Source: Trichodelitschia bisporula
Taxonomy: Eukaryota
DNA length: 64,000 nt
NCBI GenBank assembly: GCA_010356995.1
Contig: ML996711.1
Location: forward strand, 62,001 to 126,000
Direction: 5' to 3'
In this document: in pieces, positions 37,845 to 47,852 of the stretch
Position numbering within the stretch: the stretch's first letter is position 1
Layout: the number at the start of each line of letters is the position of its first letter
The notes under the pieces: model-generated
The model's database searches: none
What the model was told of the DNA's origin: nothing
Seen by the model: only the letters and a program-made list of their open reading frames with translations
Position numbers and translations under genes: made by a program

Positions 37845-39196
37845 GCTCTGATTGGTATTTGCATGGCGAAAGGGCAAGGTTGTGCGGTAATGTCTACTAA
37901 ATAGCAACTGCCATGGGTTGGCTTGATTTTCTCGTTCAATGCAGTTATCTCACCTTCTGATTCCGGAACTTCTGCCAGTTTAGCTACCGACCTCAAGAAG
38001 GATCGGTACTCCGCCGCATAGCCCACCGTGAGCAGAAGGGGAACCGGTCGCCGTATAGGATGATGGGCAAGGGCGGCCTTGTGCACTTGCTCAACAGTCT
38101 TCGAGTAGTACTCGGAGGAGCTCATGAGCTTGTCAAACTCGTCCCGACGCTCTTGTCCGAGCAAACTGAGCATAGCAAACACTCTGTCGCGCGGGTCCGT
38201 ACACTTCTGGCGCTTCCAGATCCACATCAACTCGGGCAGGGTCCAGGCGCCATGCTTAGTCTTGTGATTTTGCATGATGAAGAGGCCCTGCATGACGTTG
38301 TAGGCGGGCATCTGGCCGAAATCCCGACCCTGCTGGTACATCTTGCTGACGAGAAAGCTTTTATAGCTGCGCCAGGCCTTCTCGCGCTCGCCGAGGTAGA
38401 GGACCACAGCCTTGGCCATGGACAACTCCTGCACGATCCACAGCCGCTCCCAGTACGTGCACTGCGCCGTCGCGAAGTTGAGCTTCATGTCGTTTTCAAG
38501 CGCCTCATCGTCGCACGGGCCGAGCCACGCCGCCACCAGCCCGGCGTAGTAGTAGACATGGTCCATGAGGTTAACCTGGTGACCGCGTTCCGAGAGGTTG
38601 CTCTGATTAATACAAATCTGATCGATCCAGAACCAGAGGGAGTCTTCGACGACGACGTCCGGCGGCACCGTCGCCGCACCGATTGTGTTCCCGCGCAGCG
38701 CGAGCGCGAGCAGCCGGTGGCTCGTCCGCGGCTTGCAGAAGGCCTTGAAGCAATCGGCGAGGTTCTTGCGGATGAAGAACGGCTTCCCGTTCACGGTGAT
38801 TTCGTGCTCCGCCGGCCCCGGACCCCACTCGTATGACAGCGCGACGTACATCGGTGCGTCTTCGCGCTCGAATACGCTCATCGCACCGCTGATCGCGCCG
38901 GTTTTGGGGTCCTGGTGCAGGCGCACGAGCCGGATGGAGCCTAAGGGATCGGGGAGTGGGAGGCCGGCGTAGACGAGCTTGTTGATGGGCGCGGTTGGGT
39001 CTACGTCTGCCGGGGCGCTGGCATGGTTTTGCTCTGGAGTTTGTTAGCGGAATCCCGGCTTGTGGGAGCTGGCATGCATGCCTTCGGTCCATCTCTTGTG
39101 ATAGTCGATGATGTCGCTCTCCTTGAGCTCGAGAAGGCCCATACTCTCTTTGAGACGGCCGAGCTTGGTGGTCAGTGCCGGGTTTGGAGTCTCCAT
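37745..39196 (-). CDS. Heterokaryon incompatibility (HET) domain protein
   Basis: HET blocks SIRLVRL, YVALSYEWG, FWIDQICINQ, QVNLMDHVY, YWERLWIVQEL and CTDPRDRVFA. Exon 1 39082-39196 joins exon 2 (39033 downward) via a 48-nt GC-AG intron. The 3' end overlaps the NmrA gene and is uncertain. Confidence 0.88.
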
Positions 39197-40797
39197 CGTG
39201 ATGTCAGTTTGGCGGGCAGGCTGATTGTCTGATACTGAAGAAAAGCTATGCGGAGCATAGCACTATCACAAGATTGAGGGGTTGCTCAATGTATGCTCTG
39301 GCGTGGGGGAGCTTGCCGCGGTGGGTATACGAGTGCTATCAACGAAATGCAGACCAAGCCAGCTAAAGATCAGAGAACCGATGTACAAGAAAGGTCAGGG
39401 AAATCCAGGCTTTTAGCCAGTTGACATCAGGTTGCCTTTCGACGTGTTCTGCCTGTGGCACTGCCCTGGCCGTTTCAGCCAACACCAGCTGAGGCCGTGA
39501 TCCCGATTGGGCTTAGCCATCGACGCTTGCATATGCATAGCCGGCGCGTAACGACGACCTGTCATGGGGTTTGTACTATACCGTGCCTTATGCCTCCACG
39601 GCCTCTCACCAAGGCAGATTCCAGAGGCAGTGCTGTTCTTGTAAGGCCAAGCTCAAGAAGATAAGATCAACAGTCTGTGTTGTTCATGCTTGGACTGGAC
39701 GCTAGAACTAGTGCTCGTTGGGTCTAGGCGGTGAACAAGTCGGAGGCCACTCACTTTTGAATGATGGGAGTGCGGGAGTTTGAGACGTGTGTGGCCGAGG
39801 ATCTAGAACTAGAACTAGTTCTAGACCCAAGTAGTCCAGGCGAAGTCGTGCATAGTATCATTCAGATCACAGATCATACGAGGAACGCCGTGTTGGCGTT
39901 CGATCTAGCATCGTGTCGCGGGAACTGAAGGAGGATGTTGTATGGGTATTGGATGGTCGGATCTCTGTTCACCATACTTTTTAGCGAGCAAGCGGGGTCC
40001 ACGATGTCAGACCGTGTGTTTTTGGGGTTAAAGGTGGGGCCCAGGAAACCTTCTCTTAACGTCGCATCGCTCGGGTCCCTTCGATAAATTATGTGCGCGT
40101 CCGTATAATAGCACGCGATGCTACCCACGTACTGGATTCAACAATATATGGAATGTACGACTGCTGGACGATGCAGTTGAGGGTATCACAGAATCGCCAA
40201 TTCTTTGTCCCGACAGGTCGCACCAGCTGCAAGATGGCTGCACTCTTCCGCCTACTCGAGAATAGTAACGGAGTGACGACCGAAAACTCAGAGACCTCCG
40301 AGATGCTTCAAACTCACTTCCCAAGCTCCGAAGGATGGCCGGATTGACTCATCGTCATGCCACAACAGGTACAACGGATCTATGTGAGGCAATGAGTTCT
40401 CCTTGCTGGCTGGACTTTGGCTACGCCTAGAAACTCGCTAAACTTCCATATCTGCAGATGAATCTGGCCGATTACCGGGGTTGCAATCGACTCAGTAAAG
40501 CGTTGCCAGTCTGCCAGTCTAAAGTTCCCTGGCAATGAGGCTGATTCCCCAAATTCGGCCAATATGATGAGGTTCTCGCATCGTAGACGCCAGTGACTAA
40601 GCACAAAGCCGCCGTCAAGCCTAGTCTGGCCCACCTCTTCAGCCGCATGGCCCTGCGCCGATAATAGGCGCAGCCGGGTGGTCAGGGGGCATGCGGGGGG
40701 GTTTCTCATGCCTTGCGCTCCTCTCGAGTTGGCTTTGGCGCGACCTCTCGTCCCTCCCTTCCTACCTCTCCGGGCGATCTAGGAGTTCATCGCAACA

Positions 40798-41225
40798 ATG
40801 GACTCACGTTTCGCTAAAAAGGCTCTCAAGTTGACTAAGGACATCTACGCTGTTGTCCGCGACGGGCCTGAGCAGCAGGGTCCGCACGGCCAGCCAGGTC
40901 AGGGCCAGACACAGCCCGTAAGTGCGCCTGGCCAGACAGCGGGATTTGCTCCGGCGCAGCACCTTTCAACCCAGTACCATACTGCTCCGCCTCAGCACCA
41001 TCAACAATATGGCCAGTTTGGCGGTTATCCAGCGTACCAGGCCTCGCCGGTTTACCAAAGTCCGCCAGCTCAGTCATTTGCGACTCCGAGTGCAGGCCAG
41101 CCCGGATACTTCCCACCCCCTCCTCTTCAGCATCAGCAGCAACAGCAGCAACCGCAGCCTCAGTACCAGCAGTACCAACCTCAGCAACAGCCTCAGCAAC
41201 AGCCTCAGCAACAATACCAACCTCC

Positions 41226-41268
<43 letters not shown>

Positions 41269-44200
41269 TGGGCTCCGCAATATGCTCCCCTACCCTCCGT
41301 GACCCCACAACCCGCAAATCAGCATGCATGGGCCACCAATACGGCCGCGACTCCTGTCCATCAGTATTCTTATCCGAACCCCCATACACCTGCACCCCAG
41401 ACTCCGGCATCCTACAACCAGGCTCAGCAAGCTGTGGACCATCGTCCACCCCCAGCGCATGCGTACTCTTACCCTGGGACACAAGCTAATCAAGGCCAAG
41501 TCCCAGTGCCGACCCCGCAGCCGCATTCTGTCAGTGCGTACGTCTTACCAACGCTTGCTTCAACGCCCCAAGCGGCCCCGCCTTATTCAACTCCCCCGCC
41601 TCAGCCGACTGCCCAGCCGCAGCCACAACCGCAACAATCGACGCCGCTCCCGCCGCGTGCCGAATCGGTGCCTGTTTTCGGAGCGAATTTGACGTCGGTG
41701 TTTGTGGCCGAACTGTCTGCCGAGGAACCGGCCAAGATTGCACAGCAGCAGACATCCAGGGACAGCCCTAATCAGGGCTATTCGAGTCCGGCAAAATCGG
41801 ACACTGTTCCGCACCAGCCTGCTGAGCAGCCGACCGGGAGAGCCGAGCCTTCCCAAATTGCTCCTGCGAACCCTCCCGAGCCGCCTCAGTCGCAGAACTT
41901 GACTCGACCGGCCACTGCTTCTCCCCCTCCCACTCAACAGCCTGCTCAGACGACCGTCCATCAGCCTGCAGCCGCTGCATCTCCCCCTTCGGCTCCTTCG
42001 TATCAGCCGCATGCCGGCATAGCCTCGCCCCAAGCTGCTCAAGCACACCAGTATCAACCGGCGCAGCCGCAACAACCCCATACCGTGTCACCACCGCCGC
42101 AGAATGCAGGGTATCAGAGCCCCCAGCAAAATGTCGCCATATCGCCCCCGCCCAGTTCCCAGCCATATCAGTCACCTCAAAATACCATATCCATGCCGCC
42201 ACCCCCGAGCCAACCCTATGCTCCGCCTCCTGGAAACCCAAGTGCACCACCACAATCGCCCCATGAGCCATACGGACAGCTGGTGCAAATTCAAGCACAG
42301 ATGGGATCCATGACTTTGAGCCCGAGCCCCTTGACTGCCAGACCGTATTCCCCAGCGCCTCCACTGCAACCATACGTACCTGCTCCAGCAAACCCGGTAC
42401 CGGCATATTCTCCCGCACAACAACAACAGCTGTATTCCCCTGCTCCCACGCATCAGCAAGGTGGGCTGTCCTATCCATATTCACCGCTCCAGCAAGCGCC
42501 GCAGCTCTATTCTTCTCCCCCACCGGTCCAGCCGGCACAGTCGTATGCTCCGTCGCCTCAGGTTCACACGCCTGCACCGACTAACCTGCCCTCATGGATG
42601 ACTCCACCCAATCATGCTCAACAGCAGTTGGTAGTATCCCCGCTCGCTCCGCCCGCCGGTTATGCCAGTAGCCTGACACCCATGATCTCAACCATGAGTC
42701 TACCCTCACAGCATACGCTACCACCCCCAACACCAACACCCGCTCCTACCAGTACTCCTCTCAGCATGCCTCGGGAGAAGGTTATGCGTGTCAGCAAAAA
42801 TGGAGAGCCTACGATCCGCAAGATTCTCTCGCTGGATGGTGGTGGTGTGCGCGGACTCTCCACGATCATCATTCTTGAGCACATCATGCGGATGCTGGGC
42901 AAACAGCGTGGCGCGGTTCTGGAACCCTGGCAGGAATTTGATATGATTGCGGGAACCAGTACTGTAAGAAATGGCCTTTCTGCCATTTGTCCGCCTGCTA
43001 ACCATATCAGGGTGGGCTTATCGCCATCATGCTCGGTAGACTACGCATGTCTCTTGCGGAATGCAAAAAGGCGTACCTCAACTTGTCCAAGGCCATTTTC
43101 ACTCCTGTCCGGAACAAAGCCAATGTACCAGGGAAAGTTCTTGACTTCCTCAACGCCAATGGCAAATTCGACTCGCAGCCTCTTGAACATTGTATCAGAG
43201 AGATTCTCAAGGAGCAGAACAAGCCAGAGAACGAGCTGCTTAAGGAAGATGACCCTGACGCTTGCAAAGTCTTTGTCTGCGCTGTCGAAGGCAAGAACGA
43301 CGCCGCTGTTCTGATCCGCTCCTATGAGTCCATGGAGTACGATGGGTTATATGACATTTGCCAGATATGGGAGGCTGCTCGTGCCACGTCGGCTGCATCC
43401 ACCATCTTTGAGCCGATTGAAATCGGTCCGTATAGACAAAAGTTTGTAGATGGAGCTCTGAGACTGAACAATCCCATCGACCGGGTCGATGATGAGTCTC
43501 GAGGTAAGCTGGCCCTCTTCTGATTGCGCTTACTAAAATTGCCAGATCTCTGGCCCGGACAGGATCGGATGATCATTAGTATCGGTACCGGTGCGGCTCC
43601 GGGTCAAGACGTAACGGGCAATCTTTTTGACCTCGCGCGTGCTTTGAAGCGAATCGTCACCGATACGGAGGAGCGAAACGATAACTTCCGGCGCAAGCAC
43701 CCAGAGATGATTCAGAACGGCCGACTGTTCCGCTTCAATGTCCAGCACGGACTAGCAAGCGTTGGTCTTGAGGAGTATCAACACGTCGACTCGATCGCAG
43801 GCCACACAGGGAAGTATCTAACCCAATTCGACACCAGACTGGATGTGGAGCGCTGTACCGCGGCTCTGAAGAATGGTGGCCAGCGGTTGAATTACATTGC
43901 CGGCGCAGGTACGAACTAGATGAATGTGACAGGACGGGGCTAAGGCAGAGTAGAACTGTCATCATATCTCGAAACAATGAGACTGTCAAACGTATGCTGC
44001 GAATTCTGCGAGAGCTGCTTGCGAGGTAGGATTGTGATTCTCACCTTAAACGTCGAGCTAACAACCAAGGAATCGTATATAACAGCACCGCGTTCATCTG
44101 CACAGCCGAAAACTGCGGCATGACCCTCTGCGCCAGGTGCCACTCCTCCCACGACGACAAGCACATCCCCAAGATGCTGCGCTGCGAGATGGTGCAATGG

Positions 44201-45466
44201 ACGCCAAACATGAAAGACGTAGCCAGTGCCGCTTCCTGCCGACACTGCGCCAAGTTCGCAAAGGTGCGTTGGCAGTGCCGCGACTGCAATGTCGCGCTTT
44301 GCCGCGAATGCTTCACCTACCCCGACCGGCGGGCAACGTTCTTCGAGGGCCACCAGAAGGACCGGCCCGACGATCGCGCCTTCGTGTCTCTCTTCCCACC
44401 ATACTGGAAAACAAATGAGCTGCGCAAACACGCACATGGCCGCTGCAGGTGTGTCGATGTCACCCCTGCTGTCATCGGGCACTGCGACCGCTGCTACGAC
44501 TGTAAGTCATCCACCAAGTGTTTACGTGTACTGATGTCTCAGTTCTTCCTGTCGGGACCCGAGAATACTGGTGCCGTACTTGCCGCTTCGAGTATGATTG
44601 CTCTGCCTTGCTGTGCCTTGAATGCTTCAAAACCGAAGACCCAACGCATCTGTCCCAGCACGAGTGGAGCACGATGGACATATTCTTCGAAGACGGCGGG
44701 CCGGACAATTTTGCGAAGGCGTTGGACGTTGCGGTGCGGTGTCCGCAATGCCCAGGGCTGCGTATGTTCCTCCCTACCAGTTCCTTATCGTAAGTGCTTA
44801 TAGGTTGCAGAAATCCCGTACACCGAGCAGTACCTGCATCCGCACCTGAACCTGCAAATGGTTCTCAATCCAATTATTACCGAAGTCGTGCGCTGGGTTC
44901 ACTACACGTCTTGTGACCGTAAACGGCGCAAGCGCGACGGGCAGCAATACCCCGATGCGACGTATATACAGTGCAACTTGTGCAAGATGTGTAAGTGTGC
45001 TTTGAGCCCCTCCCCAGCCGCATGCTAACGGGTTTAGATCTCTCGTATGGCCAGAAGGCTTCTTTCTGCCTCACTGAAAATTGCCTCGTCGCCTTCTGTA
45101 CCTCCTGCCATGCGGCAAAGCGCGAGCGCCACCGGCACAGGTTATACGAGATTGAGCTGAGGCGCCCAGTGGATGTCAACCCGAATATGCGCCAATGCGA
45201 CTCCTGCGGCCTACGTGAGTCCACCCTGCTATCCGCAAACCTGAAGTTTCGAAACTAACCGGCGTGCAGAGTACATGACGCAGAACTTCCGTGGCCTCTG
45301 GTGCGGGACGTGCAATAACTATGACATCTGCTTTGGCTGCTTGACCAAGATATCGGAAGGCACGCTTACTAATCTAGACGTTTCACACAAGGGTCTCTTG
45401 CTGGGCACGTGTAGGGCCTCGCACTGGATTTTCTATGTGGTTACTGTGAAGAAGCCAGACGTGTGA
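40798..45466 (+). CDS. Q/P-rich region + patatin-like phospholipase + tandem ZZ-like zinc fingers, 9 exons, ~1432 aa
   Basis: Exons 40798-42963, 43011-43503, 43546-43908, 43954-44025, 44070-44501, 44543-44761, 44811-44990, 45038-45214, 45270-45466 sum to 4299 nt in one open frame. Patatin motifs LSLDGGGVRG, GTST|GG, ARATSAA, DGAL. C-terminal CxxC..CxxC..CxxC..H..H units. Confidence 0.8.
41227..41265 (+). repeat. (CAG)13 microsatellite encoding part of a Q14 tract
   Basis: 13 perfect CAG followed by CAA in exon 1 of the patatin gene. Confidence 0.97.
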
Positions 45467-45638
45467 GATGGTTTGGGAACGGAGTTTGGAGGCGCTGGGA
45501 GGTTGTGATGATAGGGTGCATAGCATCAGGCATGGGTTTTATGAACGTATATTATGAACCATCATGACTCAGAGAGCTGCTCGTTATTCGGGGGAGCCTT
45601 TCTTCTCCTGCACAAAGCTCTCCACAGCCCGGAGAAGA

Positions 45639-45788
45639 CGTGTGCGTGGAGAATCGTCAGGGTGCTCCACCTCCTGTTCTTCATCCTCGTCAACAGTGGC
45701 ATGTTCTTGCCAGCGTGTGCGCGGAGAATCTTCAGGGTACTCCCACTCGTGTTCTTCGTCCTCGTCATCAGTCGTACGTTCTTGGCAG
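45639..45788. repeat. Two-copy imperfect 75-bp tandem repeat
   Basis: 45639-45713 vs 45714-45788 (cgtgtgcg[t/c]ggagaatc[g/t]tcagggt...gttcttg[c/g]cag). It encodes a 25-aa acidic repeat on the minus strand. Confidence 0.9.
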
Positions 45789-46053
45789 CATTTGTGGCAT
45801 TCGCAGCTATTAAACCAAGTCAGTTCACGTTCCACTAGGCAGGAGTTCAATATTGTCCACGAAATATGATTTTTTTTTGCCTTTTCAACGCCTCGTGCCG
45901 TGCCATCTAGTTCTAATCCCCCGCCCTGAGGGAATCACAAAACGAGAAACCAGTCACCCGTACACCAGCCCTAAAATTAAACGCCATAGCCTGTTACATA
46001 CACATATCTACGGGACCCATATCCGTAGCAGCACTCCGGCGTGCCGACTGAGC

Positions 46054-47319
46054 TCACACAGTACCAGGACCGTCCTTCGTCCACCCCTTGCGCTTCATGG
46101 ACTCCTCAATCGCCGTCCAGATCTGCTCGACGACCTCGCGGTCGCGCCAGCGGCTAGCTGTACCCTGGGTAGGAGACCACTTGTCGACAGAGACAACCTT
46201 GACCGAATGGCCCCAGCTGCGCACTTCAGCTTGGGGCGGCTCGCCCGCCCAGCCGACGTACACGCCAAGCACATGGGCGAACAGGTCCTGCGGCGTAGTC
46301 CACTTGTACGGCTTGAACTGCCAGGTCTGGCCCGTGGTGAAGACGGCGACGACGCGCTGCCAGTAGTCCGGCTTGAAGTGCTCGATGGACTCGACGAGGA
46401 TGAAGCGAAGAGGGCGGTGCGCGTCGAATGAGGGCATCAAGCGCTGCGTGTGCAGGATGCTGGCTCCCGCGCTGGACCCCGCGGCGGCGCTGTTCGGTGG
46501 AACGAACTGGCCGTTTTCGAGGAATAGCTTCGCGTTCGTCATGCGCACGAGCGATGTGGCAGATGGCGAGATCAGGATAATCGGCTGCATGGCACGGGCG
46601 GGCTTCTTCGCGTTCGGGCCTGAAGGGTTCAGTCCGGCGGACGGGGCAGGTTCCGATGGCTTTGCCTTGCTGCGGCCGTAGTACTGATCCGCGATGTCGA
46701 GTACCCAGCTCCAGTCCTAGAGACATTAGTATGATGGTCAAGGGCCGCAAACAAGGTTACATACCTGAGCCTTGCTCCCATGAAGCATGGTGTCATGATC
46801 GAGCATAGTGCGCTCGCCAGCGTAGATGGCCTGAAGACGCTCATCCATGCGACCCGGAGCAAGACCAGACGCAGACGGCATCAGAATGCTCGAATCAGCC
46901 TCAGCGTCACCAGTCGGCGGAACAATGTACTCGGACTCGGTCTGCAGCGCCTGTAGCCACTGCTGTAGATCCTGGCGCTCGGCAAAGACGAGATTCTGCA
47001 CCGAACCACCAGCATTGCCCGGCGCAGCAAGCGCATCATTCAGCTTCTGCGCCTCAGTGATGTAAGCCTGAACTGCGTCGTCCTTGCGCTGCCACGCGAA
47101 GATGATGCTGCGGAGGTTGGCCGCCTGACCCGAGGCGCGGAAGCGGGTCGCCGCATCGAGGGGGACAGAGACAGGGCCCGTCGCAGTGCGGAATATGGCA
47201 AACTTGGCCTTCGCGATGTCGGTGACGGTGTCCTTTGCGTCGTTGCTGGTGGACAGGGCCGGGTCGTTTTGGCCAACGACCGCGGCGCGGAGGAGATCCA
47301 GAGGGTCGGTGCTCACCAT
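46054..47319 (-). CDS. CDC73: Paf1 complex subunit Cdc73 (parafibromin), 2 exons
   Basis: Exons 46765-47319 and 46054-46716. DPLDLLR N-terminus, IYAGER, PIILISPSATSL, RVVAVFTTGQTWQFKPYKW, RWRDREVVEQIW. Confidence 0.95.
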
Positions 47320-47852
47320 TTTGGCGAGGGAGGCGCGTCTGGCAGTCTGGGCTGCCGCGCCCGTTCTGTGATCGGTGGTGGAGGTGGCGCGCCGGTTGGG
47401 AGACAGTGTGCGACAGTGTTGGAGGGTGAGGTTGGGAATGTGATGGTTGTGGCTGAGTTGAAGGTTGAAGGTTGAAGGTCGACCTCAAGTCGTGGAGACG
47501 CGGTGATCAGTGACAGGGATTTGCGGGACGGCTAGCCGCAAGGAGTTAGTAAACTTTGGTGCACGGGTCACTCCAAAAAGCCGTAATCGCCCTGCCTGCC
47601 AATATTTGCGGATGGGGCGGCTATGATCTTTTCGGGTGGTCAATCGTGCCTCATTGCAAGCCTTGGCAGCCTCACGCGCGAATAAGGACATGAACGTGAG
47701 CACGTCTGTAGATACATGTGTCCGTTGGGTGATCAATGCAAAACGGCACTGAGATCACAGCTCCTTTGACAATCAACTGCAATCTCCCTTAGGTAGCCCA
47801 CTAACAATACTATATCAGGTCCCGTCCGGTACCCGCACCTCCTCCTCACCCG

